Under the pieces are notes generated by a model, which searched no databases, was not told the DNA's origin, and saw nothing but the letters and a program-made list of their open reading frames with translations. Shown here piece after piece: positions 35,465 to 47,575 of a DNA stretch of 64,000 nucleotides. A program made the position numbers and the translations under genes. Source of the stretch: Candidatus Sericytochromatia bacterium (GTDB lineage Bacteria > Cyanobacteriota > Sericytochromatia > S15B-MN24 > UBA4093). The stretch is from assembly GCA_036676455.1 (NCBI GenBank), contig JAKFCW010000116.1, positions 67,555 through 131,554 of the forward strand. The letters are read 5' to 3'. Numbering within the stretch: position 1 is the first letter of the stretch; the number at the start of each line of letters is the position of its first letter.

Positions 35465-37165
35465 TTACCCCTTTCCGTGGTCTTCCGGCGTTTGCCGGAT
35501 AGCAGGCTGCGTGATTGGCGATGGTGGCGATGACGTGAGCGGCAGGGTGAACCAGAAGGTGGAGCCCATGCCCGGTTCGCTTCGCACTCCGATCCGTCCT
35601 CCGTGGGATTCTACCAGAGCTTTGCTGATGCTCAGCCCCAGGCCCGTCCCTCCCTTGGGCCGGGTGCTGCTCATGTCGAGCTGTCCGAAGCGCCGGAAGA
35701 TCCGATTCAGGTCTTCCGGCGCGATGCCGGGACCGGTGTCGCTCACCTCGACGAGCAACTCCGTTTCGGTCCGCGTGGTCCGCAGGCTGATCGTTCCGCC
35801 AGCGGGAGTGAACTTGACGGCATTCCCAAGCAGGTTGGTAAGCACCTGGACGATGCGCGGTTCATCTACCGCCACGAGGCCGGAGGCGTCGCCCTCGACC
35901 CGCAGTTCCTGCCCGTGCTCCCTGGCCAGCGGCCGCATGGACTCCATGACCTCCTCGATAATAGGCGAGAAGGGCATCTCCTGGGGAAAGACCTGGAACT
36001 TGCCGGCGGCCATGCGGCTCATGTCGAGCAAGTTGTTGACCAGGAGCAACATGCGATCCGCCCCGCTGAGGATCTTGGCGAGCTGCTGATGCTGGGCTGC
36101 GTTGAGGGGGCCGGAGACCTCGTCATCCAGAATACTGGCGAATCCCATGATGAAGTTGAGGGGTGTGCGCAGCTCGTGGCTGATCATGGAGAGGAACTCG
36201 TCCTTGTAGTGGTCAGCCTTCTGAAGCTGCTGATTGGCGTGCTCCAGCTCCTCGGTGCGCTGCGCCAGCTGCCGGGTCCGCTCGGCCACCAAGGCCTCCA
36301 GATCCTTGAGAAATGCCTGCTCAGCATGCCGTTCGATCTCGAGGCGGGTCGCTTGCTCGGCGCGGAGGCGCTCCGAGATGTCCCGGATCATGAGGGAGAT
36401 GCCGACGATCTGGCCGCGCCAGTCGCTGACCGGAGCGAGCGATTGCTCTACCGGCACCCGCCGACCGTCACGCGTCAGGTGTTCGATCTGGATCAGGAAG
36501 TCACCATGGCGCGCAAGGACCTCGCCGATCAACCGGCGGTGCTCGCTGAGCCACTCGGGTGGCAGGCGATCCTCGAAGCTCCAGCCCGACGGGGTGGCGG
36601 CATCGAAGCCGTAAAGCTCCTCGGCCGCTTGGTTCCAGTAGCTGACATGGCCTTTCAAATCCAGGAAGAAGATGGCTTCGTGGGCATGCTGGAGAATGCT
36701 CGCAAGGTAGGGGGCGTCGAGGCTACGAGGAGGCGGCTTGGAAGGGCTGAGGGCCGCGGAAATGCCGCCGGTCTGCTTGAGCGCCTGACGGCGCTCGGTC
36801 TGGGCTCGGGCTTGCGCGAGGAGCGTGGGCCAGCGTTCGGGGTGCTCGGTCGGCAAGAAGGTCCATTGCCCGCCGGCGACTCCCACCAGAATGAGCTTCT
36901 GGCGAAGCGACGCGAGCTCGGAAGCCGAGCCGAGGAAGGCAAGTTCGGCGTAGGGATAATGGGCCCTCAGCTTCTGGATCAGGGGAAGCGGACTGCCCTG
37001 GAGAGCGGAGGCGGCGATGAGGACGCCGTGAACCTCGCTGAGCTCGGGAAGCGCGACGTCGTCCGGCGCCGGGGTGATGAGGGCGTCCGGTCCGGCGGCA
37101 CCCCGGATCGCGTCCCGCATCGGCGAGGCAGCCGCCAGGACGAGCAAGGAAAGCGGCGTGCTCAC
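35465..37165 (-). CDS. PAS-domain sensor histidine kinase (cytoplasmic)
   Basis: PAS (…HEAIFFLDLKGHVSYWNQAAEELYGF…), a coiled coil, an H-box …FLSMISHELRTPLN… and an HATPase N/G box (…GLGLSISKALVESHGG…). The GTG start overlaps the upstream stop (GTGA). The 919-aa ORF in the track is a fusion artefact. Confidence 0.7.
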   Translation of the reverse strand: MSTPLSLLVLAAASPMRDAIRGAAGPDALITPAPDDVALPELSEVHGVLIAASALQGSPLPLIQKLRAHYPYAELAFLGSASELASLRQKLILVGVAGGQWTFLPTEHPERWPTLLAQARAQTERRQALKQTGGISAALSPSKPPPRSLDAPYLASILQHAHEAIFFLDLKGHVSYWNQAAEELYGFDAATPSGWSFEDRLPPEWLSEHRRLIGEVLARHGDFLIQIEHLTRDGRRVPVEQSLAPVSDWRGQIVGISLMIRDISERLRAEQATRLEIERHAEQAFLKDLEALVAERTRQLAQRTEELEHANQQLQKADHYKDEFLSMISHELRTPLNFIMGFASILDDEVSGPLNAAQHQQLAKILSGADRMLLLVNNLLDMSRMAAGKFQVFPQEMPFSPIIEEVMESMRPLAREHGQELRVEGDASGLVAVDEPRIVQVLTNLLGNAVKFTPAGGTISLRTTRTETELLVEVSDTGPGIAPEDLNRIFRRFGQLDMSSTRPKGGTGLGLSISKALVESHGGRIGVRSEPGMGSTFWFTLPLTSSPPSPITQPAIRQTPEDHGKG

Positions 37166-38319
37166 GGGCTCAAAATCGGCAGGCCGAGGAGCGACCTGGC
37201 CGTCCAGGAGCGCAGGACGTCGGTGGTCGGGGCCATGACCTCGGCCGCGCGCGCGTCGCGTAGCAAGGTCCAGAGCATGGAGTTCTCGCGGTAGCCGATC
37301 CCTCCGACGCAGGTCATCGCCTCGTTCGTGACCTGGATGGCGGTTTCGGCGGCCGACATCTTGGCGGCACAGACGAGGGTCAGGGCATCGGGCGCATCGA
37401 GATCCCCGCGCTCGGCGGCATGAATCAGAAGCAGGCGCGCTTGTTGCACGGCGGTCCACATGCGGGCGATCCGGTCCTGGATGGCCGGGACCTCGGCCAG
37501 GGAACGCCCGGTGCGGGCGTGAACGCGCTCGCGCACGTGGGCGATCGCGAAGTCCACCGCGCTCTGGGCGACGCCCACGTAGGTGGCGGCCATGCCAATC
37601 AGGAAGTAGGGAGCCACCACGTGGAAGATGTACCAGGTCTGATCGCCTGACTGGCCGAGCAGGTTCCGGACGGGAACGCGAGCACCTTTCAGGCACATGC
37701 CGATCGAGGAGTTGCCCCTCATGCCGAGGCCTTGCCATGTCCCTTGCCAGGCGAGTCCGGGAGTCGTGGCGTCCACGACCAGGCAGTTGAACGCGCCGGG
37801 GAGATCCTGTCCATGCTCGGTCATCGTCGAGATCACGTAGGAATCGGCGTGGCCGCCGTTGGTGACGAAGCTCTTGTGGGCCGTGACCCGGAAGTCGTCG
37901 CCGTCGCGCTCGAGGCGCGAGTTCGGCTCGTAGAAGTGCACGCCGGTTTCGGGCTCGCTGAGGGCCAGGGTGGTGAGGTGAACCCCCCGAGCGATGGGGA
38001 TCAGGTAGCGCTCGGCCTGATCGTCGGTGACCTTGGCGGCGATGACGGCGGATCCGACGACGTGCATGCAGTAGCAAAGGGAAACCGAGGCGGAGATGCG
38101 TCCCAGCTCCTCGCCGGCGATCGCCAGGCCGGTCATCCCCATGCCCAGACCGCCGAAGCGCTCCGGTACGGCCAGACCGAAGAGGCCGGCCTCGGCGAGG
38201 GCGCGCATGCTGCGCGCGGGCCACTGATAAGTCTCGACGGCCGGCACGTCATCCAGGACCGTCGTTCGGGCCACCTCGGCGAAGCGCCCTCGAAGTTCTG
38301 GGAGGCCTGCGGTCGTCAT
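37162..38319 (-). CDS. Acyl-CoA dehydrogenase family protein
   Basis: 385 aa. ACAD N-terminal, middle and C-terminal pattern (…LALSEPETGVH…; …GGIGYRENS…). Confidence 0.8.
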   Translation of the reverse strand: MTTAGLPELRGRFAEVARTTVLDDVPAVETYQWPARSMRALAEAGLFGLAVPERFGGLGMGMTGLAIAGEELGRISASVSLCYCMHVVGSAVIAAKVTDDQAERYLIPIARGVHLTTLALSEPETGVHFYEPNSRLERDGDDFRVTAHKSFVTNGGHADSYVISTMTEHGQDLPGAFNCLVVDATTPGLAWQGTWQGLGMRGNSSIGMCLKGARVPVRNLLGQSGDQTWYIFHVVAPYFLIGMAATYVGVAQSAVDFAIAHVRERVHARTGRSLAEVPAIQDRIARMWTAVQQARLLLIHAAERGDLDAPDALTLVCAAKMSAAETAIQVTNEAMTCVGGIGYRENSMLWTLLRDARAAEVMAPTTDVLRSWTARSLLGLPILSP

Positions 38320-38475
38320 GGCTCTTCCTTTCGTTCGCCCCGGCGCGCCTACAGTTTAGCAAAGCCGTTCCCCATTCGGGGAGGGTCCCTGCCCAGGCAT
38401 AAGGGCTGCCTGGAGCTTTGGCCTCGCGGGGCGCGCGCCTATACTGAGGCCGGAATGGCGACAAGGAGGTGCGAG

Positions 38476-38724
38476 ATGGATCGCGACATGTACGGAATCG
38501 CCCGGGAAGACGCCGAAAGCCAGCTCAACCGGTTCCTTCATGACACGCTGCAAGAGCCCCAGGCGCAGCTCGAGGATCTCTACCTCGAGGACGGGCGCTG
38601 GCAGAGCCGGGTACAGGGCAGCCAGCGTGGAATCTCGGCGGTCTTCCTGCTGGAGCATGACGGAGTGATCGCACCGGGGCACATGACCGAGGATTACCAC
38701 TTCGACACCCCGAACAAATGGTAG
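38476..38724 (+). CDS. Small hypothetical protein
   Basis: 82 aa. RBS AAGGAGG before ATG 38476. Confidence 0.4.
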   Translation: MDRDMYGIAREDAESQLNRFLHDTLQEPQAQLEDLYLEDGRWQSRVQGSQRGISAVFLLEHDGVIAPGHMTEDYHFDTPNKW

Positions 38725-38733
38725 GAGGCAGGC

Positions 38734-39129
38734 GTGGCCAGGCCCCGAAGCGCTCCACGGATATCCCTGCACTTCGTCGAGGACCTGATCGCGCGTCACC
38801 TCGAGCTGGAACGCCAGCTCGAGGTGCTTAAAAGCGAGCAGTCCCGGCTCGACGAGCAGTTGCGCAGCGCCCTCGATCTGAGTCCCGGGAAGCGGGCGGA
38901 AACAGAGGAGGGAGAGGCCATGCTGGTTGAGTCGGACGTCATGACGTACGACCTCGACGCGCTCAGGGAAAGCGTGAGCCCGGAGCTGCTGGAGCGCATG
39001 ACCACCCGGGTTTTGGACAAGGCGCGGGTGGAGGCGGCGATCGCCATGGGCCTGCTCGCACCGGAAGTCGCGGACACCGCCCGCCGGCGAGTCAAGCGCA
39101 AGCCCCAGCTTCGCGTCTCCCGGCGCTGA
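38734..39129 (+). CDS. Hypothetical coiled-coil protein
   Basis: 131 aa, begins 10 nt after the preceding ORF, acidic and Arg-rich. Confidence 0.4.
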   Translation: MARPRSAPRISLHFVEDLIARHLELERQLEVLKSEQSRLDEQLRSALDLSPGKRAETEEGEAMLVESDVMTYDLDALRESVSPELLERMTTRVLDKARVEAAIAMGLLAPEVADTARRRVKRKPQLRVSRR

Positions 39130-39149
39130 ACGTCTGCTAGAATGGTGTC

Positions 39150-40145
39150 ATGACGCAGCTTCACACCGAGCTCCTGGCCGTACGTCCCGACGCTCCCGAC
39201 GCCGCCGCCCTGGAAAAGGCCGCATCCGTCCTCCGGCGCGGAGGCCTCGTGGCCCTGCCGACCGAGACCGTCTACGGCCTGGGCGCCAACGCCCTGGACC
39301 CACAGGCGGTCTTGCGCATCTTCGTGGCCAAGGACCGGCCTGCCGACAACCCCTTGATCGTCCACGTGAACGGGCTTGAGATGGCCCGTTCGCTGGTGGC
39401 GGACTGGCCGGAGCTGGCGGATCGGCTGGCCCAGGCCTTCTGGCCGGGGCCGCTTACCTTGATCCTGCCGAAATCCGAACGGGTGCCGGACGCGGTCACG
39501 GCGGGCTTGCCGGCCGTCGCGCTACGCATGCCGGCCCATCCAGTGGCCCTCGCGCTCATCACCCGCTCCGGGACGCCGATCGCCGCACCGAGCGCCAACC
39601 GTTCCGGGCGGCCGTCTCCCACCGACGCCTCCCACGTGCTTACCGACATGGACGGCCGCATCGACCTCATCCTGGACGGGGGACCGGCGACGGTAGGGAT
39701 CGAGTCCACTGTGCTCTCCCTGTTGAGCGATCCCCCGATGGTGCTGCGGCCGGGAGGCGTCAGCCTCGACCAGTTGCGCGCGCTCGATCCCCGCATCGCT
39801 TACGGGGCCGATCACGGCAAGGTCTCTCCCGGCACGCGCTACCGCCACTACGCCCCGAAGGCCCCAGTCTCGCGGCTCTCCGGCGCGGCGGAGCTATCGG
39901 CCGAAGCTGGCCGCCAGCACTCCGAGGGACGGCGCATCGGCGTGCTCACGCACCTCCCGCTGATCCTGCCCGAAGGCATGGCCGTCGAGACCTTGCCGGC
40001 GGATCCGGATGGCTACGCGGCGGAATTCTACCGGGCCATGCGGGCGCTAGATGCCCATGGCCTCGACCGGATCTTGCTGCTGGACCCGCCGAGCGGCGGA
40101 CGCTGGGATGCCGTGCGAGACCGGGTCCTGCGCGCCTCGAGCTAG
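39150..40145 (+). CDS. tsaC: L-threonylcarbamoyladenylate synthase (Sua5/YrdC/TsaC)
   Basis: YrdC domain (…GGLVALPTETVYGLGANAL…) plus the Sua5 C-terminal domain. 331 aa. Confidence 0.85.
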   Translation: MTQLHTELLAVRPDAPDAAALEKAASVLRRGGLVALPTETVYGLGANALDPQAVLRIFVAKDRPADNPLIVHVNGLEMARSLVADWPELADRLAQAFWPGPLTLILPKSERVPDAVTAGLPAVALRMPAHPVALALITRSGTPIAAPSANRSGRPSPTDASHVLTDMDGRIDLILDGGPATVGIESTVLSLLSDPPMVLRPGGVSLDQLRALDPRIAYGADHGKVSPGTRYRHYAPKAPVSRLSGAAELSAEAGRQHSEGRRIGVLTHLPLILPEGMAVETLPADPDGYAAEFYRAMRALDAHGLDRILLLDPPSGGRWDAVRDRVLRASS

Positions 40146-40383
40146 CACATTCCGGGCCGTTCTGCCGCCCGCGGCGCGCGGCCGTGATTCCGGCCTCGCG
40201 TCGTGGGCGGATTACGGTATAATGGGACCGATCTGCCCCTGGGACCCTAGTGCCGTGGCAGTTTCGGAAGGCAACGAGCGTCGACGCTCGCCCCCCACGA
40301 CGAGGGACGACCCATCGCTCGCTATCTTGAAGAAACGTCGCGGATTCTAGCGCTTCCCGGCTATTCAAGGATACGGTGATTCA

Positions 40384-41490
<1,107 letters not shown>

Positions 41491-41536
41491 TCTCCGTCGC
41501 ACCCGCACGCAACACATTTGGAGGAAATTCTTCGCC

Positions 41537-41914
41537 ATGATTCCCCAGGACCTGAAGTACGCCAAGTCCCACGAGTACGCCCGGATCGCGGGTGACGAAG
41601 CGACCATCGGCATCACGGACTACGCGGCCGAGCAGCTCGGAGACGTGGTCTTCGTCGAGCTTCCCGAGGTCGGCCGCGAGCTGTCGAAGGGCGACTCCTT
41701 CGGCGTCGTGGAGTCGGTCAAGGCCGTCTCCGACCTCTATGCCCCCCTTTCGGGCAAGGTGGTCGCGGTCAACGAGCGCCTCAACGACGAGTCGTCCCTG
41801 ATCAACGATGACCCGTTCGGCGAGGGCTGGATCATCAAGATCGCTCCGAGCAACCCTGCTGAGGCCAACGAGATCCTCGACGCCAAGCAGTACGAGGAGC
41901 TGATCGGAGGGTAG
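41537..41914 (+). CDS. gcvH: Glycine cleavage system H protein (lipoyl carrier)
   Basis: …VESVKAVSDLYAPLSG… lipoyl-lysine motif. 125 aa. Confidence 0.9.
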   Translation: MIPQDLKYAKSHEYARIAGDEATIGITDYAAEQLGDVVFVELPEVGRELSKGDSFGVVESVKAVSDLYAPLSGKVVAVNERLNDESSLINDDPFGEGWIIKIAPSNPAEANEILDAKQYEELIGG

Positions 41915-42112
41915 AAGGCCGAAGGCCCACACCCTGCCATGTCCCCCAGCGCCTGCGGCTAACTGCAGGTACGGGGGACTGGCGAAGCCAGGCGAGCGCC
42001 AGCGGCTAAAAACCCTGAATCACTGCTCCGAGGTTCCTTGGAACGCCTTGGCTTCGCCGGCTACCCCCCCTGTAGTCCCCCCGTCGAGGGGGGACGTGGA
42101 TAGGTAAGAAAC

Positions 42113-43489
42113 ATGAACTTCAACTACCTGCCCCATACCGACGCCGACCGCCAGGAGATGTTCCGGACGATCGGGGTTTCCGATAGTGACGCGCTCTACC
42201 ACGCCGTCCCGGCCTCGCTGCGGAACTTCCAGCTGGAGATTCCCGAGGGCCGCAGCGAGTGGGAAGTCCAGCAGCACGTCACCTCCCTGGCTGCCAAGAA
42301 CCGCTCAACCTCGCAGTTCGCGTCGTTCCTCGGGGCAGGCAGCTACCGGCGCTACTTGCCGACGGCGGTGGACTGGATCCTCCACCGCTCGGAGTTCCTG
42401 ACCGCTTACACCCCCTACCAGCCCGAGGTCAGCCAGGGCACCCTGCAGGCCATCTTCGAGTTCCAGACGATGATCTGCGAGCTGACCGGCATGGACGTGG
42501 CCAACGCCTCCATGTACGACGGCTCCACCGCCACGCCCGAGGCCGCGTTCATGGCCTGCCGGGTGACCCGGCGCGAGAAGGTCATCGTGGCCTCCACGGT
42601 GCACCCCGAGTACCGCGAAGTGCTCGACACCTACGCCAAGGGCCCAGGCATATCGGTCGTGACGGCTCCTCAGAAGGACGGCAAGATCGACCTCGACGCC
42701 CTGAAGGACCTGGTCGACACCCAGACCGCCTGCGTCATCCTCCAGATGCCCAACTTCCTGGGTACGCTCGAGGAGGCGCATGCCATCGGCGAGCTGATCC
42801 ACGCCTCGGGCGGCCTGCTGGTCGTCGTGGCCGACCCCGTCTCGCTGGGCCTCTTGGAGGCTCCCGGCCGCTACGGCGCGGACATCGTGATCGGCGAGGC
42901 CCATCAGCTGGGCAACGGCGCCTCTTTCGGCGGCCCGTACGTCGGCTTCATGGCCTGCAAGGACAAGTTCGTCCGCCAACTGCCCGGCCGCATCGCCGGT
43001 GAGACCAAAGATGTCAACGGCCAGCGGGTCTTCACCCTGACGCTGCAGACCCGCGAGCAGCACATCCGGCGCGAGAAGGCCACCAGCAACATCTGCACCA
43101 ACCAGGCGCTCAACGCCCTGGCCTCCACGGTGTACATGACGGTGGTCGGCAAGCGCGGCCTCTACGAGGTGGCGCATACCAGCCTCCAGCGGGCGCATGC
43201 GCTGGCGCGGGCGATCGCCAAGATCCCCGGCTTCGCCGTCCCCTTCGGCCCCCACTTCAACGAGTTCGTCGTGAAGAGCCCCGTGCCCGTCTCCGAGCTG
43301 CTCGATAGCCTGAAGGAGCAGGGCATCCTGGGTGGCGTGGCCCTCGGCCGCTGGTACCCCGAGCTCGCGGACTGCCTCCTGGTCTCGGTCACCGAGATCA
43401 ACGATCCTGCCGAGCTGGATGCCTACGCCAAGGCCCTGTCGGCCATCGCGACCAAGTCTGCCGAGCGCCCCTCGGCCACCCACGCCTAG
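42113..43489 (+). CDS. gcvPA: Glycine dehydrogenase (decarboxylating) subunit 1
   Basis: 458 aa, GcvP N-terminal-half family (…[12 protein letters not shown]…[11 protein letters not shown]…). Confidence 0.9.
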   Translation: MNFNYLPHTDADRQEMFRTIGVSDSDALYHAVPASLRNFQLEIPEGRSEWEVQQHVTSLAAKNRSTSQFASFLGAGSYRRYLPTAVDWILHRSEFLTAYTPYQPEVSQGTLQAIFEFQTMICELTGMDVANASMYDGSTATPEAAFMACRVTRREKVIVASTVHPEYREVLDTYAKGPGISVVTAPQKDGKIDLDALKDLVDTQTACVILQMPNFLGTLEEAHAIGELIHASGGLLVVVADPVSLGLLEAPGRYGADIVIGEAHQLGNGASFGGPYVGFMACKDKFVRQLPGRIAGETKDVNGQRVFTLTLQTREQHIRREKATSNICTNQALNALASTVYMTVVGKRGLYEVAHTSLQRAHALARAIAKIPGFAVPFGPHFNEFVVKSPVPVSELLDSLKEQGILGGVALGRWYPELADCLLVSVTEINDPAELDAYAKALSAIATKSAERPSATHA

Positions 43490-43502
43490 GAGGAGACCCG
43501 AA

Positions 43503-44954
43503 ATGGAAGCTTTGATCTTCGAAAAGAGCGTGGAAGGCCGTCGCGGCGTCACCCTTCCCGCATCCGGCGTCGAGGAGCGGCCCCTCTCGGAGCTGCTCCC
43601 CTCGGATCTCCTGCGCAAGGAGCTCGCCGAGCTGCCCCAGGTCACCGAGCTGGATGCCATGAGGCACTTCAACCGCCTCTCCCAGCTCAACTACTCCATC
43701 GACACCCAGTTCTACCCCCTGGGCTCGTGCACGATGAAGTACAACCCCAAGGTCAACGAGATGGCCGCCCGCCTGGACGGCTTCGCGAACCTGCACCCCT
43801 ACCAGCCCGACGACACCACCCAGGGCGCGCTCGAAATGATGCACACCCTCGAGAAGTGGCTGGCGTCGGTCACCGGCATGCACCGGGTCACCCTGCAGCC
43901 CGCCGCGGGCGCGCACGGTGAGTTCACCGGCATCCACCTGATCCGCGCCTACCACGAGTCGCGCGGCGAAGGCCACCGGACCAAGATGCTGGTCCCCAAC
44001 TCGGCGCACGGCACCAACCCCGCCACGGCGGCGCTGGCCGGCTACGAGGTGGTCACCGTCGACAGCAACGACCGCGGCATGGTCGACCTCGACTCGCTAT
44101 CGAGCATGTTGTCGAACGACATCGCGGGCATCATGCTCACCAACCCCAACACCCTCGGCCTCTTCGAGGAGGACATCCTCGAGATCGCCCAGCTGGTGCA
44201 CGATGCGGGCGGCTTGCTGTACTACGACGGAGCCAACACCAACGCCATCATGGGCACGGTCCGCCCCGGCGACATGGGCTTCGACGTGGTGCACCTGAAC
44301 CTCCACAAGACCTTCTCGACTCCCCATGGCGGCGGAGGCCCCGGCGCCGGCCCGGTGGGCGTCTCGAAGGCCCTGGAGCCCTTCCTCCCGACTCCGACCG
44401 TCGAGTTCGCGGACGGCCAGTACTTCCTGAATTTCGATCGGCCCCAGACGATCGGCCGGGTCCGGGCGTTCTACGGCAACTTCGGGGTGCTGGTGCGGGC
44501 CTACACCTACATCGCCAGCATGGGCCGCGACGGCCTGACCCAGGCGAGCAAGGACGCGGTCCTCAACGCCAACTACCTCAAGGCCCGCCTGCAGGACCTC
44601 TACGAGGTGCCGCACCAGCAGCACTGCATGCACGAGTTCGTCATCTCGGGCGATCGCCAGAAGGAACAGGGCGCCAACACCCTGGCCATGGCCAAGCGCC
44701 TCCTGGACTTCGGCTACCACGCCCCGACGATCTACTTCCCGCTGATCGTTCACGAGGCGATGATGATCGAGCCCACCGAGACCGAGAGCAAGGACACGCT
44801 CGACGGCTTCGTGGAGGCCATGCGGAAAATCGCCGAGGAAGTGAAGACCAACCCCGAGTGGGTCAACTCGGCGCCACATGACACCCCGGTGGGACGGGTC
44901 GACGAGACCACCGCCGCGCGCAAGCCGGTCCTGCGCTGGCATAAAGCGGACTAG
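43503..44954 (+). CDS. gcvPB: Glycine dehydrogenase (decarboxylating) subunit 2
   Basis: PLP-binding …[16 protein letters not shown]… 483 aa. RBS AGGAGGAG. Confidence 0.9.
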   Translation: MEALIFEKSVEGRRGVTLPASGVEERPLSELLPSDLLRKELAELPQVTELDAMRHFNRLSQLNYSIDTQFYPLGSCTMKYNPKVNEMAARLDGFANLHPYQPDDTTQGALEMMHTLEKWLASVTGMHRVTLQPAAGAHGEFTGIHLIRAYHESRGEGHRTKMLVPNSAHGTNPATAALAGYEVVTVDSNDRGMVDLDSLSSMLSNDIAGIMLTNPNTLGLFEEDILEIAQLVHDAGGLLYYDGANTNAIMGTVRPGDMGFDVVHLNLHKTFSTPHGGGGPGAGPVGVSKALEPFLPTPTVEFADGQYFLNFDRPQTIGRVRAFYGNFGVLVRAYTYIASMGRDGLTQASKDAVLNANYLKARLQDLYEVPHQQHCMHEFVISGDRQKEQGANTLAMAKRLLDFGYHAPTIYFPLIVHEAMMIEPTETESKDTLDGFVEAMRKIAEEVKTNPEWVNSAPHDTPVGRVDETTAARKPVLRWHKAD

Positions 44955-44968
44955 CACCGAAACGCGAA

Positions 44969-45010
44969 AAGGCCGCCCCGAGCAACTGGCTCGGGGCGGC
45001 CTTTCCCTTC
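44969..45010 (+). terminator. Rho-independent terminator after the gcv operon (AAAAGGCCGCCCCGAGC aactg GCTCGGGGCGGCCTTT)
   Basis: Perfect GC-rich stem followed by a T-containing tail. Confidence 0.7.
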
Positions 45011-45237
45011 TCCGACCCGTTCACGCCGACAACCTGGCGCCAACCTGACGAAAACCTCACTAAGCTCACAAAAAGCTTATGCCGAAAACGCTTAACTCCC
45101 TTGCCAAGGCGTCGATGTTGATATTTGTAACATCAGTAGTTTTCCGATCCATTCTGTTAACTTCCATCACGCCGTTACCGCCCTCCACCGGAGGTAAGCT
45201 CCTCCGGTCCACTCGCAGCAAGGAAGAAATCACGCGC

Positions 45238-46734
45238 ATGAAGAACGTTTCGATGGCTAGCTTGCTGGCCGCGTCCCTGATGATGACGGGATGCACCATG
45301 GCCGACCTCGCCCTCATCCCCTCCGCCACCCTGACCCCGGCCGCCCGGGGTCAACTCGTCCTGACCCCCCAGTTCGTGAACGGCGGCTATGCCGCCGCTT
45401 CGATCGTGAATCCGCGCACGGTCGCCAGCATCCACCACCTGGTCGTCCGGCTCTTCATCCTCGACGGCGACGCGGAGATCCCCGCCACCAACGCCGCCGG
45501 CAGCCCCGTCCAGGTGGACGTCGTGCGCGCCGAGCTGAGCAACCCCATCACCCTGTCGCCCCTGCGCGCCAACACGAAATACCGGGTCCGTGCCTTCGCC
45601 TATCGGGCTGCTGGCACCGCCGAGGCCGATCTCATCAGCACGACCGACGAGGGCTCGTACGTGGACGTGAACGTGACCAACGATGACGCGCCGATCGCGG
45701 CCACCCTCAAGGTCACCCTCACGGACGTGGCCTTCGCCGGGGTCGCGACCTCGAACGGCGTGACGGTGCACAACGGCGGCTATGCCCCGGTCGCCCCCGA
45801 GAGCATCTTCGTAGGCACGACCGGCTCGCTGATGTCCAGAACCTCGACGGCGTCCATCACGAACACCACGGGCGGCTACCTGGAGCTGGTGCGCATCGGC
45901 AACCGGATCTACGTCCTCGGCGGGGCCGACTCCAACACCCTCGTCATGAAAGCGGATGTGCAGCCTGACGGCAGCCTCTCGGCGTTCGCGTCCGCGGGCG
46001 TGAACATCAGCTCCCCGCGCCGCGGTTACCGGAGCGCCGTCATCGGCAATTTCCTCTACCTCTTCGGCGGTCATGATCCCGTCGCCAACGTGTACGTGAA
46101 CACCATCGAGCGCGCGCCCATCCAGCCGGACGGCACGCTTGGCGCGTTCGAGGTCGTGCAGACCACGCTGCCCACGACGCTCGGCAGCCACGGGGTTTAC
46201 GTGGGAGGCGGCAAGGTCCATATCTTCGGCGGTTCGCCCGCGTACACCCAACAAACCGCAGCCGCCTACACGGCTCCGATCCATCCGGATGGCAGCATCG
46301 GCGCCTTCAGTGCCGCGCCCCATCTCGACCTACCTCAGCCCTCGAGCTCGTTCGCGACGGTGCGCGTCAAGGACCGGCTCTACGTTATCGGAGGGGACCT
46401 CGGGATGCGGAACACCGTCCTCGCGGCCCCCATCCTGCCGGACGGATCTCTGGGCGCTTTCGCGGATAGCGGCGTGACCCTGGAAACCGGACGCGGCACG
46501 CTGTCTGCCGCCTTCATCGGCGGAAAGATCTACGCGATCGGCGGCTTCAGCCCGTCGAACCCCATGAACACGATCGAGGCGGCCACGGTCAACCCGGACG
46601 GCTCCCTGGGCGCGTTCTCCGTGGTCGAGGGCGTCACCCTTAACGCCGGCGAGTGGGGTCACGAGAGCGTCATCGCGGGCAACTCGCTGTACGTCTACGC
46701 GAATACCGAGATCCAGCGCTTCCCCATTCAATAG
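45238..46734 (+). CDS. Lipoprotein with an N-terminal Ig-like domain and a Kelch-type beta-propeller
   Basis: MKNVSMASLLAASLMMTGC lipobox. About 6 repeats of …YV(L/F)GG…(I/V)QPDGSLGAF…. The N-terminal ~120 aa are paralogous to the next gene. Confidence 0.55.
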   Translation: MKNVSMASLLAASLMMTGCTMADLALIPSATLTPAARGQLVLTPQFVNGGYAAASIVNPRTVASIHHLVVRLFILDGDAEIPATNAAGSPVQVDVVRAELSNPITLSPLRANTKYRVRAFAYRAAGTAEADLISTTDEGSYVDVNVTNDDAPIAATLKVTLTDVAFAGVATSNGVTVHNGGYAPVAPESIFVGTTGSLMSRTSTASITNTTGGYLELVRIGNRIYVLGGADSNTLVMKADVQPDGSLSAFASAGVNISSPRRGYRSAVIGNFLYLFGGHDPVANVYVNTIERAPIQPDGTLGAFEVVQTTLPTTLGSHGVYVGGGKVHIFGGSPAYTQQTAAAYTAPIHPDGSIGAFSAAPHLDLPQPSSSFATVRVKDRLYVIGGDLGMRNTVLAAPILPDGSLGAFADSGVTLETGRGTLSAAFIGGKIYAIGGFSPSNPMNTIEAATVNPDGSLGAFSVVEGVTLNAGEWGHESVIAGNSLYVYANTEIQRFPIQ

Positions 46735-46795
46735 GCCCACCAAGGATGCCGGGACTGCGCGTTCCGGCATCCCCCCTCATCAAGCGAAGGTTCCG

Positions 46796-47575
46796 ATGGA
46801 TAATTTTCGATACTTTGCCGTCCTGGCGCTCGTCTTGGCCGGATGTGCGCAAGGGCAGCCCTTGCCTCAGCCCCATGCGGGCGGTTTTGCGCTGACGGTC
46901 TTGCCCAGCTTCCAGGCGGGAGGCTTCCGCTCCCAAGCCGTCATCCCGGAGATCGAACGTGACGACGTGCACCACCTCGTGCTCAAGCTGCACCACCTCA
47001 CAGGGGACGTCGAGACCCCCGTCCTGACCACCGGCGGCGCTGCCGTCATGGCGGACCTCAGCCGCTCGGAACTCGAGTCGCCGATCACCTTCTCTCAGCT
47101 CGCCCCCAACCACTCTTACCGCATCCGGGCTTACGCCTACAAAGCTCCGGGAATGGCCGCCGAGGACCTGATCAGCGTCAGCGACGCGGCCTCGTTCACG
47201 GACATCACCGTGGAAAACGACGATCGTCCCGCGCTAACGCCGCTGGCGGTCAAGCTGATCGCCACCCCCTTCGCCGCGACCACCTCGGTGGCGCTCAGTA
47301 CGGGCGGCTCCGTGCTTTTCGATTCGATGGAGCTGACCCTCTACGGCCTCGCGAACGAGACCGAGGTGCTGGTCGCGACCCGCAGTCTGCGCGCGCAGGA
47401 CATCCCGACCACAGCCCTCTTCGGCAACCTGCAAGCCATGACGACCTACCGGATAGCGGCAATCGCGAAGGACTTCAACGGCCTCGACATCCCGGGGGCA
47501 AAGGCCCATGTCGATCTGGCGGTCACGAACGACACCGCAGCTCCAACGGCCAGCGTGCAAATCATCGTCCCCTGA
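46796..47575 (+). CDS. Lipoprotein paralogous to the N-terminal domain of the preceding Kelch lipoprotein
   Basis: Lipobox LVLAGC. The segment …HHLVLKLHHLTGDVETP…ELESPITFSQLAPNHSYRIRAYAYKAPGMAAEDLISVSD…TVENDDRPALTPLAVKL… aligns with …HHLVVRLFILDGDAEIP…ELSNPITLSPLRANTKYRVRAFAYRAAGTAEADLISTTD…VTNDDAPIAATLKVTL… of the neighbouring protein. Confidence 0.5.
   Translation: MDNFRYFAVLALVLAGCAQGQPLPQPHAGGFALTVLPSFQAGGFRSQAVIPEIERDDVHHLVLKLHHLTGDVETPVLTTGGAAVMADLSRSELESPITFSQLAPNHSYRIRAYAYKAPGMAAEDLISVSDAASFTDITVENDDRPALTPLAVKLIATPFAATTSVALSTGGSVLFDSMELTLYGLANETEVLVATRSLRAQDIPTTALFGNLQAMTTYRIAAIAKDFNGLDIPGAKAHVDLAVTNDTAAPTASVQIIVP

Noticed and set aside
35465-38224. 919-aa continuous minus-strand ORF
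   Set aside because: It is a read-through of two genes in one frame. The acyl-CoA dehydrogenase is in a different frame (37162..38319), and the histidine kinase begins at the GTG overlapping the ACAD stop (about 37165). The upstream 350 codons are an Arg-rich out-of-frame shadow.
42305-43690. 461-aa minus-strand ORF opposite gcvPA
   Set aside because: Antisense shadow. The gcvPA and gcvPB identities on the plus strand are unambiguous.
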